A stretch of 64,000 bases of DNA. It comes from Octopus vulgaris. Taxonomy: Eukaryota. A program made the translations under genes and the position numbers. A model generated the notes under the pieces. That model made no database searches and was not told the DNA's origin. It saw only the letters and a list, made by a program, of their open reading frames with translations. How positions within the stretch are numbered: position 1 is the stretch's first letter; each line of letters begins with the position of its first letter. Below are positions 39,600 to 52,513 of this stretch, piece after piece. Location of the stretch: contig OX597818.1 in NCBI GenBank assembly GCA_951406725.2, positions 109,430,001 through 109,494,000 of the forward strand. Direction: 5' to 3'.

Positions 39600-40260
39600 T
39601 CCATACTACCATTTATATTACGTGATCGATGCCAGGACCACCTGACTGGCTCCCATGCCAGTGGTACATAAAAAGCACTATCTGAACATGATCGATGCCA
39701 GGCCCGCCTGACTGGTTCCTGTGCCAGTAGCACATAAAAAGCACCCACTACACTCTTGGGGTCGTTGGCATTAGGAAGGGCATCCAGTTGTAGAAACATT
39801 ACCAGATCAGATTGGAGCCTAGTGAAGCCCGTTTGAATGGTGCATTTTATGTGCCACTGGCACGGGTGCCATTTACATGACACTGGCATCAACCATGACA
39901 AAGATTTCACTTGGCTTGACAGCTCTTCTCAAGCACAGCATATCACCAAATATCTTGGACACTCGTCATTGCCTCCATGAGGCCCAATGTTCAAAGATCA
40001 TGCTTCACCACCTTGTCCCATGTCTTCCTGGGTCTACTTCTTCCACACCACATCTGTAGACATATTATATGCATGCAAGAGAGGAAGCTGCAATGGTATG
40101 GGCATGTGGTGCAGATTGAAAATGACAGTTGCATAAACATGTACCAAATACTCAAAATGAATGGTACTTGTGGAAGTGGAACACCTAGTAAGACTTGGGA
40201 TGAGATAGAATAAAATTACCTCAAAATATTACAGCTTATGAAGGAGCTAAGAAGAGGGCC
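39600..40260. mobile_element. Cluster of RTE LINE fragments in alternating orientation
   Basis: + UTR at 39620-39830; - ORF end/UTR at 39835-40050; + ORF remnant QERKLQWYGHVVQIENDSC...KTWDE at 40060-40210. Confidence 0.78.
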
Positions 40261-42319
40261 ATGTCAACTGGTGATACATGTTGATGCCAAAGATCAGCTT
40301 CTCGTACAAGTGTGGTGAAATACTTTATCAAACAGTAGGTTAGTGCAAGTATCCTGCTTTGCTTAATGTTTTGTGCACACATCCCTCCTTGTCTATTGCC
40401 CATTTAACAACTTTATATCCCCTATATCCCCCTACCATCTGTTCTTCTATCTGCTGTTCATTCTTCTGACTTAGCATGGAAAAACAAATGTGAAATCTGT
40501 TTTTCCATGATAAGTTAGAAAAATATGTTACTGACGCATTGTTTTACAGCCAGTTGTCTTTCTGTTGCAAACCTTTACCTACATTTCACATAAGGGATCA
40601 TTTCACATGGCTCTGAAAGTGTAAAGCAAGTGAATGATTTGTTGACAAGAGATCTGACAATCTGACAACAAAACCTTGGAGATAAGGCAGGACCACTGCT
40701 GTGCTGATGTCAGCAACTGAGGCAGAAACATATCCACAGCTGTCTTATCTCTAGATAATCACAGTATCCTTTCCTTAAAGGTATATCAGTTTTGGAGACT
40801 TCTTGATTCTTGAGATTATCTCCCATTTTCTTATGGAGGTTGCCCCAATCACTACCAAATGATTGGTTTAACTTTATTTGAAAGTGACAATAATTTCAAT
40901 AAAACAAGAATTTATGTTGTACAATATTTCACTTAATTTGTCTTTGCTGTTCAAATACATGCTACTGGCAACTCCAAGTTATTTTTCTTATTTTCAATTC
41001 ATTTCCTTTATCTCTCGCTCTCTCCTTCATATACATACATATATACACACACACACACAAACACATATACACACAATCATATATATATATGTACACCTAC
41101 ATATATACATGGTGTATGTATATATAAATCTATATACACGCACACACATATGTACAAACATTATATATATATGTGTATATATATGAATCTATATACACGC
41201 ACACACATGTACATACATATTTATGCATACATTAAAATGTACATATACAGACATGTGTGTGTGAATATATACCCATATATATGCTTACATATAGACACTG
41301 TATATACACAAACCAGTTCTGTTACAACAGCTTCCAATAGCTTCAATATAGCCTGATGCCATCCGTACTTTTAGTGCCATCATAACACTGAAATGAATGC
41401 TATCACCATTATTATTGAACAAAAAGAATGCTCAGTTCTAATAGCACATCCATTTCACCATAATCACTGTTACCATCACCACCGCAAAAGTGACCAACAA
41501 CAATACCTTTCACCTCACTCCGGAAGAACATTCAGCCAGGTCGTCAACTGCAAGAACAGTGGTACCAGTGAACCACCATCACCACCACTGCAATCACCAA
41601 CACTTGATGATTATTATATCTTCTCAATAAATTTTCCACAATTTTTGGTTATATCAACTATCGAATTAATTATTCAGTGAATGAAAAGGCTCCCTTAGTC
41701 TTTTAGCTGCGAGCAGAATGCCTGAAAACATGATGTGTTGTGGTTCCTTGTATGACCCTAATAATCCTTCTCACACACTCATCATTCATTGTCATAATTG
41801 TTAGTTTATTACAAGTAATAAAAGCTTAAGGTGGTTATTGGCTTCTATCGATTCCTTCCTCCACCTCTCATTTTCCCACTCAATCCAGACTCACCCTTAC
41901 TATCTTCCTTTCTCTGTCTCCCTCTTTCTATCTTTCATACATAAACACATTATAGTACCAAATATCTTTACATAATCAACTACAGTTTCTAAATGTATTA
42001 AATTATATATAAACGCATGAAGTATCTAAAGAAAATGGATAAAGAAATAACAAAAGTGATAATACTTTTGGAGGCAAATTTCTGACATAGTAGTAGAATG
42101 TAGTCAATTGGACTGCTTAGTATTTTATTTGCATTTACTATATCAATCTTGGACAAATAAAGAGTAAAACCATTCTTGGTGGAATTTTAATTCAGAACCT
42201 AATTGGTAAAAACTATGTGACCAACAAAGCATGTTATAAGGAAGGGAACATAAAGGAAAGCATGTTGTATATATACAGATATTAGGGCACAAAGTAAATG
42301 TACTTTATACTAAGGAGCA

Positions 42320-42645
42320 AATGGAAAACTGAAACATTAATTATAGCAGCTGAGAAAAAAAGTCATTCAAATAAATCTGATAAAAGCAAAGATTGATATC
42401 ACTGAGTCAAAGAACAAATTCAGGATTTGTGGAAATGAAGATGAAAGTATCAAACCTCTCTTAAGTGAATGCAGTGAGCTAGCACAAAAAGAGTGTAAGT
42501 GCAGTCATGACAATATTGATAAAAGAATGCATTGGAATGTTAGCCAAGTGTGTGGATTTAAAGTGATACAAAAGAGGTATGGACACAAGCTAGAGGCTGT
42601 GATAGTGAATAATAATTACAGAATTTTATGAGATTTCTCCATTAG
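42320..42645 (+). pseudogene. R4/Dong-type (RLE) LINE remnant, zinc-knuckle region
   Basis: Reading by eye across one frameshift: KTETLIIAAE../IQINLIKAKID...FRICGNEDESIKPLLSECSELAQKECKCSHDNIDKRMHWNVSQVCGF...HKLEAVIVNNNYRIL*DFSI. Confidence 0.8.
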
Positions 42646-42822
42646 TTTTCATAGGGTTATGTAGCTGATGTAAGTTCCCCACCCACTCCCTCTACATCAG
42701 ATGCGGGTTACTTTTCCCACTGAAGGAATTACATTCATGCTGCAAGCTAACATGTCGCTCATCACATCAACAGTACTACAATTGATTGTGAGAGTTGTCC
42801 CTACTCTGAAGTAAAGATTTAA

Positions 42823-43043
42823 CCCTTTTGTTACCCTATTTCTGTTGAGATGCTCTGAGTTTCTTTCAATTAATTTTAAACATCACAAAGAATTTAGTGA
42901 AATAACTTCATTATCATTAAGCTAGAATTAGGAACATAAATTGTGACTAAGGTTTGATGGAAGATTTTAATTCAGAGTTTTTGTAAGCAAGACATATGTA
43001 TTACAGAGCAAGGGGCGGTTTCAGGCAGGTGGTATCGAAAGGG
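42823..43043. mobile_element. piggyBac-type MITE (221 bp)
   Basis: TTAA|CCCTTTTGTTACC ... GGTATCGAAAGGG|TTAA. Confidence 0.85.
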
Positions 43044-43549
43044 TTAAAGCCAAGATGGAACAGGCCAGTAGAGAGTTACTGTCCCAATCACTGACACAGC
43101 ACAGTGTCAAAGAGAGATTATGAACTACCTACTTCTCAGCTGATTGGCAGCTACTCTATCTATTCAGCACTCTCCAAAATGTAATAATTCCATAGAATGA
43201 AGAAAAAAAATAATGATATATATTTCTATTGGCACACAACCACAAATTTGTTTTCTAAAACGTAATATTGGTGTTTGAGGAACAATGGTTTTATGCTGCA
43301 GTTATAAATTGTCAAAATGGCCTTTCAATTTGTCTGTGAAAATGATCAACGGATGGGGTGTATATGAAGTCAATTGTGATGCTGAATAAACTGTTTTGAA
43401 TGGTTTGAGATGTTTTGAGACTGAATGGTGGAAAGACTAGAATGTAGCTGGATTTCTCACACTTAGCAAAAGAGCTTTTCTGCATAGCCAGCAAGTCTCA
43501 ATAAATTTCCCACTTCACAAAGAATGATGGCACATACATATACACACAG

Positions 43550-43935
43550 GTGCAGGTATGGCTGCTAGGTAAGCAGCTTGCTTCCTAACCACATGGTTCC
43601 AGGTTCAGTCCCACTGCGAAGCGCCTTGAGCTAATGTCCTCTACTACAGCCTCAGGCCAACCAAAGCTTTGTGAGTGGATTTGCTAGAAAGAAACTGAAA
43701 GAAGCCTCTGTGTGTGTGTGTGTCTTTGTCCCTGACCACTGCCTGACAACCAATGTTGGTGTGTTTACATCCCCGTAACTTAGCGGTTTGGAAAAAGAGA
43801 CCAACAGATTAAGTACCAGGCTTAATGAAAAATTAAATACTGGACTCAATTCATTGAACTAAAAAGATATTGTGCAAAGCGGTAGCCCCCAGCAAGGCCA
43901 CAGTCTAATGACTGAAACACGCAAAAGATAAAAGA
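43550..43935 (+). mobile_element. tRNA-derived SINE (family A)
   Basis: Head and tail as in the other copies. Confidence 0.85.
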
Positions 43936-43947
43936 TTTACATATATA

Positions 43948-43987
<40 letters not shown>

Positions 43988-44514
43988 AGCTATCATGGTT
44001 TACATTCTTATGAAATAATTTCATTGATCAAATCTCTTGGATTTCAGTTGCATAGTACTCCGCATTACACTCTTCTTTGTTGGATTACTAAGTGGTCTGT
44101 TAACTGGGTCCATAACAGGAGTTTTCTGTGAAAGCTACACAATTCTATGAATCCAAATATTACATGAAATATTGACATATAACTCACAACCCATCTTCCC
44201 ATCACCCCACCACCCACTGCATGTCCTCACATATCTACCATATCAATCTCTCAGCCACTGCAATTTCTCTCACCATCACTTTCTAGTCATGCCTTATTCA
44301 TCTCTAAACATCTCCCTTCACACTCTTATGGAACATCTCTCTCAATCCCCTCTGTACAACTTATACTACCCCTACCCCCACTACTCTTTGTGGGTACGCT
44401 TAATACATCTCCAACACTGTTTATTTCTGTCTTTCTCACTCTGTCTCTGTTCCTCTGTTATACTCTAACCTCAGCCAGCTCCCTCAGTTCAACTCCTCTT
44501 AGCTGAGAGGTCTT

Positions 44515-45277
44515 AGTCTTGCAAGCTACTAGGCAACCCCACTGCTGCTGGTGTCACATAAAAAGCACCTGTGCTGGTGTCATGTAGAAAGCAGCGTGCT
44601 GGTGTCACGTAAAAAACAGCTGTACTGGTGTCACATAAAAACCACCTGTAAAGGTGTCACATGAAAAGCACCTGTACCAATGTCACATAAAAAGCACCTG
44701 TGCTGGTGTCACATAAAAAGCACCTGTGCTGGTGTCATGTAAAAAGCACCTGTGCTGGTGTCACGTAAAAAGCACCTGTGCTGATGTCACATGAAAAACA
44801 GCTGTGCTGGTGTCACATGAAAAGCAGCTGCTCTGGTGTCACATAAAAAGCACTTGTGCTTGTGGCACATAAAAAGCACTTGTAGTGGTGTCATGCAAAA
44901 AGCACCTGTGTTGGTGTGACTTAAAAAGCACCTGTGCTGGTGTCATGCAAAAAGCACCTGTGTTGGTGTGACTTAAAAAGCACCTGTGCTGGTGTCACAT
45001 AAAATATACCTGTGCTGGTGTCACATAAAAAACACCTCTGCTGGTGTCACATAAAATATACCTGTGCTGGTGTCACGTAAAAACCACCTGTGCTGGTGTC
45101 ACATAAAAAACATTCGGTACACTCTCTAAAGTGGTTGGTTTTACAAAAGGCATCCAACTATAGAATCCATGCCAAAACAGATAACTGGAGCCTGGTGCAA
45201 CTCTCATGCTTGCCAGTTCCAGTCAAACCATCTATTCCATGCTAGCAAGAAAAACAGACGATAAACAATGATGATAT
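44515..45277 (+). mobile_element. RTE LINE 3' UTR fragment carrying an expanded minisatellite
   Basis: The flanks gtcttgcaag.tact.gg and agtggttgg..aagggcatcca...gtcaaaccatc match 14890-15145. Confidence 0.85.
44547..45112 (+). repeat. 26-bp minisatellite GCTGGTGTCACATAAAAAGCACCTGT, about 22 copies
   Basis: Directly visible head-to-tail units with scattered substitutions. Confidence 0.95.
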
Positions 45278-47240
45278 ATAACTCAATCACAAGAAGACAT
45301 TTGTAGGCCCTTACAGACAGTTAAAATTGATGAAGTTTAGCTTGAAGTCAACACCTGCAGGAAGAAACTTAGTTAAGGAAGAAATTCCAATCATGACTGA
45401 GCTTAGTAAAAAAATATTGGTAACTGATAGAGGATGTATATTTCGATTCTGAAGATGGATTCCATAGTGAAGAAGAAAGCTGCGGATACAAGCCCAGGTG
45501 CAGATCTCAGTGGTAGTAGTAAATAATCTAGGTTGATTGGATGCGTTTCAAATATAGACAATAAAGATGGTCAGTGACAAGTTTTGAAATCATGTGGGTT
45601 GAGATTAAAAAAAAATTTTTACCACATTAACCATTCAACCAAGGTGTTTCTGGATTTAAATCCTCCTTTAAAACACTTCTTGTATGACTATCTTCATAGT
45701 GGCAACAACATAGACTTTTACTTTCTGACATCCTGTTGAAAATTTTCTAAGTCAAAAGCCTCTGTCTTTTAATGATTTTGTCATTCAACAGAATTGAATT
45801 ATAAAGAAAGGGTTTCATGTTTTCACCCTCACAATAAGAAGCTCCTAATTTTCCTTCAAAATGAAAGTAAACCAAGTTAGTACAATTTTTGTAATATCAT
45901 ATATGTAAAGACTGACTGACTGATGCGGTAAAGTGTGGTATAGGAAGTTTAAAAGTTAATATCATCAATGAAGAAGCACTGCAATAGCCAAGTGGTTGTA
46001 AAATAGTGAGAAAGTGAGAAGAGAAGAGACTGGAAATCAATTAACATTCAACAAAAGTTGCAGTCCCCTTAATGGAGCAGAAAAGCTAATGTTGAAGAAA
46101 CAGGCAATGAATAGAAAAGAAGCAGAAAATGAAGTCTTCAGAGAAATTAAAATTAAGTAAGACTGTTTCACATGGACTGAAACCATGTTTTCTACTTTTA
46201 CTACTAGTTATGAATTATCCTTTCAAATAAAAAAAAAGGCATTCCAGTTTCATTGCCCTGGGACCTATGTCACTGGTCTGAGCCCACAAAGATTCAGTAA
46301 ACTTAGTGTCGAAATAAGAGAGAAAAATAATGTACAATGTGAGAAATATAAGATGCTTAAAGCTTCTATACATTGGTGGTGACACATGAATTAATTCAGT
46401 TTCAGAAACTGAGTAGGTTGGCTTAAAAATACACAAGTACAAACACATTTGGTATCAAGTGTAGTTTTAGTTGAGAAAGACAATATTGATAGAAAATAAA
46501 TTATCTCAAGATGGCAGGCTAGCTTCAATATATCTAAAGTTACATAGTAATTATACTTCTCTATCATATCTTTGTGCTAATATCAATTATCATTGAAGAA
46601 AAGAATTAAAAAGAAAAGAATATTAAAATAGAAATGGAAACGCTATGTATTTTGATTTATTCAGTTTCTTTTGATAATTATTAAGATTTCATGTCCAATA
46701 GATAGCATGTCATAAGAAATCCAACTGGACAGCAGAGATAGCACTAGAAAATATTCCCTTTCCATTCAATGCTTTTCTTTTATTCGTTTAATGTATATCT
46801 TATTCTTCTTGGCTTGGCTTAACATATGATATTGCAAAATATAAGGCAATGAGTTCAATTTTGTTATGAGCATTTTGAAGGCAAATCATATTTAATTTGC
46901 TTCTGTCAACCTAAATGGAAATAGGTACCACTCACTGTTTGCCTTTCTTGGAAACAAAAAAGAAAAAAAAAAGTAGTGAAGGAAGTCAATGACTTCTGCA
47001 TTGGCAGAACTTTGTAAAACATGTCTGAAGAAGAAGTCCTTGTCCGAAACTTACTTCTTACAGCATACAAGTTTAAAACATTTGTAAAAACACTGCTGTA
47101 ATCATGTTTTTCACCTTTCTCTTCGTTCTAATAACTGAATTTTCTTCCTTTCTTTTTGTTTTTTTTTTTTTTGAAGCTTCTGTTTTTTTTTCTTTATTCA
47201 CAGATAGAGGTAATTGATATTCAATATTAATTAAAAAAAA

Positions 47241-47682
47241 GGTAGCAAGCTGGCAGAATCGTTACCATACCAGAAAAAATGCTCTGCAGTGTTTCATCCT
47301 TCTTAGCATTCTGAGTTCAAGTTCTGTTGAAGTTGACTTTGCCTTTCATCCCTTTGAGCTTGATAAAATAAGTACCTGCTGAGCATTGGGGGGCGGGGCG
47401 ATGTAATCAACTTACCCCGCCTCAAAATTGATGGCCTTGTGCCAAAATTTGAAACCAATATCAATTCCAGAAAAGATGGCAAGATGGCAGAATTGTTACC
47501 AAGAAAAATGCTTAGTGACATTTCTTTTGGGTTTTAAGTTCTGAGCTCAAATGCTGCCAGGGTCAGCTTTCCCTCTCATCCTTTCGGAGTTGATAAACTA
47601 AGTACCAGCTGAACACTAGGGTTAATGTAATCGACTTGCCCCCTCCCTTATGATTGCTGGCCTTGTGCCAAAATTTGAAAGC
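47241..47682 (+). mobile_element. Two tandem copies of a second SINE family (B)
   Basis: Each copy reads gg..gcaag.tggcagaat.gttacca...ttctgag.tcaa...tcatcc.tt.g.agttgataaa.taagtacc...ggccttgtgccaaaatttgaaa. A Nin/Deu-like central domain is suggested from recall only. Decayed minus-strand relatives near 35690-35860 and 42060-42200. Confidence 0.8.
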
Positions 47683-48647
47683 AACAGTAATCCCAAAATA
47701 AAATGTTTTAAAATATATGTATGTAAAAAAGCCTTCATTAGCCTACAGGCATATTTCACTAAATTCCACATAGAGACAGCAGAATAATGCTGCTGCACTT
47801 CAAATGTCGGCTTAATCTTAAACAAGTAGAACTTAGCTAGTGTGAAAGGCAATTTATCTACTGAAGGGACCCATTTCGGTTGAGGTAGCAAAAGGTAAAA
47901 CCTACAGAACTAAAAGTATATATTTGTGGTTTGAAGTATAGAAGAAAATCATTTGCTGATATAAAGGAGCAGAAGGATTTCTGGTGGACTGGCCCTGAAT
48001 TGTGACAGTATACAATGCATAAGAATAGAAAGATGTCAGCCAAACTAAGCCTGAACTGAAGACTAGGAATTACATAAATGGGTGACTGGAAATGGTAGAC
48101 AAGTTCTGCAATGTAGGTGCCTGAATGCTACAGATTGAACAGGAGATAAAAGAAAAAGCGGAGAATGTGATGAGTCATAGAAAGGGGTGGACTAAATTTT
48201 ATAAACTTCTACCTCTGTTGAAATAACATGTTTCTCCTTCTGGGAAAAGAGAATGATTAAAGGTAAATGTGTGTGGATGTATGTCAGTCTGTCTGTGTGA
48301 CAGGGCATCAGCAATGAAAGATATGTTCTGGTGCTGCTAAGAAAAATGTTGACTGCCAATATATTAAGGAGGAGACTACACATCAAAGACACCAGGCATT
48401 GTTTGAAGACAAACATGACTGTGGACATGTCATGGAAACAAAAGATATTAACAAAATAGAACAATATCATCAATGGTCAACACTGTAGGGGTAAACTGAG
48501 AACAAGTTAGCAGCCAGGACAAACCTGAAGGTATAAGTCTGAGAAGCACATAAAAACATTGTGCTACAGACTTGCCCGAGATATGCCATTGTGAAAAAAA
48601 AAAGTGTAAAGCTACTGATATATACATATATACATATGAAGATAATA

Positions 48648-48695
<48 letters not shown>

Positions 48696-48825
48696 CTTTA
48701 TTTAAAAGCAGCAGAAATTCAACAAAACTCCACTCACAAGTCAAAGTAGAGGATATAGTAAGAGACACCAGCTCAAGGTGTCATGTGCTGGAATTGAACT
48801 TGGGCCACATAGCCACCATGTAGGA

Positions 48826-49110
48826 AATCATCATCGTCACCATCATCATTTAACGTCCACTTTCCAGGCTGGCATGGATTGGATGGTTTGACTGAGGATT
48901 GGCAAGCCAGGAGACTGCAACAGGCTCCAATCTGATCTGGCAAGGTTTCTACAGCTTGATGCCCTTCCTAATGCCAACTACTCTGAAAGTGTAGTGGGTG
49001 CTTTTTTACATGCCACCAGCACGGGGGCTGGTCAGGCAGCTGGTATCAACCACATTCGCATTGTGCTTTCTACGTGCAACTGGCATGGGAACCAATCAGG
49101 TGGCACTGGC
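48826..49110 (-). mobile_element. RTE LINE 3' UTR fragment
   Basis: (CAT)n plus the family 3' sequence. Confidence 0.85.
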
Positions 49111-50584
49111 AAACTTCTAAATTATTGCCATGCTTCAGTGTGTGTGTGTGTGTGTGTGTGAGTATGTATGTGTGTGTGTGTGTGTGTGTGTGCATGTGCA
49201 TGTATATATGCACACACAATGCCAAAGTAGCATTGATGCTACCAAGGAATGGGGGGTTTGGGCCAACATTGCTTCATGCTTTTCCTTTGTCATCAAGCTA
49301 ACGTACAGAGACAAATATGCATATAATACATACACACGCATGCATGCACACACGCACACACACAGAATGTCCTGTATACTTGTGTATTGCATCAACATTA
49401 ATAAAAACGGTTTTTCTTTTTGTGATATTTTGTTGTTATGGTAACTAGAGATAAGTATAACAAATTCTGCTTTAAAATAGCTGAATCCTAATCAATCTGG
49501 TTAAAGCTGAGAAAATAAAATAAAGCAAACACCTAAATAAATGAATGAATAAAACAAACAAAGCTATTCTATTGATCCTACTAACATCTGACTTTAATGT
49601 GTTATGCTGTTTACACCACTGAACTAGTGCAGGGTTAGCTATATAGATAGTGAAAAAAAGACAAACACCATCAATTCTCTGATCTCAAAACATCAACACA
49701 AATTTAAAGAGCACCACTTTTAACAGGCAGCAAAACATTTCATTTTGGCAACATTAAATTTGCAGCAAGGTAAAGCAACAAAAGTATTTAAAAAAAAGAA
49801 AAAATATATCAAATAAATAATAAAAAATTATTTGGTGCATTTGAATATTTAGTTTAAAACAACCAGAATATTGTGAGGTAAAAAAAAAAAAAAAAAACTG
49901 AGTATGATCTAAAATGTATAATAAATATTAAAGAAAGTAAAAGACAAAAAGGAAAAGTACATTTTTTTTTTTTTGCCACTATCTTTACACATCTATTGGA
50001 TGTGTAATGTATGTTCTTGCAAGCGGAGTTTTTAGAATTGGATACTCTTTCCAACTTTCGACTACAAAATGGAGAATAAAGGAGAACTTTTTTTTGTTTT
50101 TAAGTTAGGTCAACTGAGACAAGCAGAGGTAAGTGAAACCATAAAAGTACTGTGTATTAGGGTCACAAATTCATACATACAAAATTTACACCCATATACA
50201 TGTTTTAGTGCATATGTGCATGTATGTGGATGCATATACACATATATATATATATACTAATATATACACACAAACACTTACATGTATATGAGTAGACTGC
50301 ACAAAAACATCTTTACTATCTCTTAATTTCCAGCAAAAAAGAAAACAGCTGGTCATTTTTTTTTTTTTTATGTAATGGAAAGCCAACCACAAAGACCTCT
50401 TAGCAGTATGGAAATATGTGGCAGAGTAAAATCTCAGAGAAGTGCAAGTTTATGAAGTGTCCCTACAGTATATAATCAGATACATAGGTCAAATGTCTTT
50501 CTAAAGTACTTTCTTCATGGACAGAGAAAAAAAATGAGGGTCTACCACCCTGACTATTGTCTGTGTTCAAAAAAATTACATGTA

Positions 50585-51472
50585 TACTCTTTTACTCTTT
50601 CACTTGTTTCAGTCATTTGACTGTGGCCATGCTTGAGCACCGCCTTTAGTCAAGCAAATCGACCCCAGAGCTTATTCTTTGTAAGACTAGTACTTATTCT
50701 ATTGGTCTCTTTTGCTGAACCGCTAAGTTATGGGGACGTTAACATACCAGCATCAGTTGTTAAGAGACGCTGAGGTGACAAACACAGACATACAAACATA
50801 TACACACACATACATATCATCATCATCGTTTAACGTCTGTTTTCCATGCTGGCATGGGTTGGATGGTTCGACTGGGGTCTGGGGAGCCAGGAATCTGCAC
50901 CAGGCTCCAGTCTGATTTGGCATGATCTGGCAATGTTTCTATAGCTGGATGCCCTTCCTAATGCCAACCACTCCATGAGTGTAGTGGGTGCTTTTTACGT
51001 ACCACTGGCATGGGGGCCAGAGGAGGCTGGCAATGGCCACGATCGGTTGGTGCTTTTTACGTGCCACCAGCATGGAAGCCAGTCAAGGTAGCACTGGCAT
51101 CGGCCATGTTCGGATGGTGCTTTTTACAAGCCACCGGCACAGGTATCACAACTACAATTTCCATTTGATTTTCATTTTGATGTTGATGTACTTGACCTCA
51201 AGCACAACAGGTCGCCCTATCATCCAAGGTACTTTTGAATGGGCTGGGGCTGGTTATGCGAAACTAGTATAGGATACAACCGTGAACTTACTTTAAATAT
51301 AGATACATATATGACAGGCTTCTTCCAGGTCTGTCTACCAAATCCACTCACAAGGCTTTGGTTGGCCCAAGGCTATAGTAGAAGATACTTGCCCAAGGTG
51401 TCACGCAGTGGGATTGAACCCAGGACCATGTAGTTGGTAAGCAAGCTACTTACCACATAGCCACTCCTGCAC
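50585..51472 (-). mobile_element. Family A SINE interrupted by an RTE 3' fragment (about 50817-51290)
   Basis: The SINE tail half (50585-50815) and head half (51310-51472) flank an RTE UTR copy inserted in the SINE's internal TA/CA tract. Confidence 0.85.
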
Positions 51473-51679
51473 CTGTATGTATATTTACTATGAATAAGAA
51501 TCTCATAAAATCAGAAGTTCTGATTTGCAAACTCAAGTTTCATCAATAAAGATTAGTAAACTTGTACTACAAATATAGTGTTTATTTTATATATATTTCC
51601 ATTATGAAAAAGATCTTTTGTCCATTACACTGGCATATGTCAGTCAAAAGAAATTACATTTTACTATTTTGAACAAGAA

Positions 51680-52050
51680 GGCATGTGTGGTAAGAAATTT
51701 GTTTCCCAACCACATGGTTCCAGGTTCAGTTCCTTAGGTAAGTGTCTTCTACCAAAGCCTTGGGCAAACCAAAATCTGGTGAATGCATTTGGTAGATAGA
51801 AATGAAAGAAGTGTGTATATGTGTGTGTGTGTGTGCCTTTGCCCCACCCCACCCCCGTCACTGCTTGACAAGTGGTATTGGCATGTTTACATCCCTGTAA
51901 CTTTACAGTTCAACAAAAAGAGGCCAATAGAATAGGTACCAGGGTTAAAAAAATAAAATAATTAAGTTCTAGAGTTGATCCATTCTACTAAAAATTCTTT
52001 AAGGTGGTGCCCCAGCATGGCTGCAGTCTAATGATTGAAATGAGTAAAAA
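51680..52050 (+). mobile_element. tRNA-derived SINE (family A)
   Basis: gtgtggtaagaa...cccaaccacatggttccaggttcag...ggtggtgccccagcatggctgcagtc. Confidence 0.85.
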
Positions 52051-52513
52051 ATCAGCTTTAAATAAGAGTGTTGGCATATTCTTAAAACTAAAAAGTTCAC
52101 TTTACAATCACATGGTTCTAAGTTCAAACCCAACGTGTAATAGTTAGGACATCTTCTATCATAGTGTCAGGTTGAATAAAACCTTGAGTGAAATTAGATA
52201 AACAGAAACTGTGTGGAAGCCCAATCTCTGAAGATAACTCCATTCTAAAGTTATGTAATTTCCTACTGAAACAACCCATGATATATAGTTTCTTCCTCTC
52301 TTTCTTTCTCCAGTCTCAGCAGCCATGCAACATACTATGAATGCTGCTCTTCCACATCAAAGTCATTAATTTTTTACCATTGGCTATAAACAAACAGGAA
52401 TTTATCATCCTTCATATTGTATGAGGGATGATAAAGAGAATAAAACAAAAAAACAAAGGCCACTGCCAATCCTTCTCGGAATATTTATACATACAGTTTT
52501 TAACAATTCTTAC

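Noticed and set aside
44547-45112. CRISPR-like array
   Set aside because: Units are head-to-tail with no unique spacers, there are no cas genes, and the array lies inside a eukaryotic LINE UTR.
47740-48200. Old CR1-like RT remnants (also 45300-45540) and mariner-like traces (13170-13350, 45880-46170)
   Set aside because: Suggestive only; too decayed to call without alignment.
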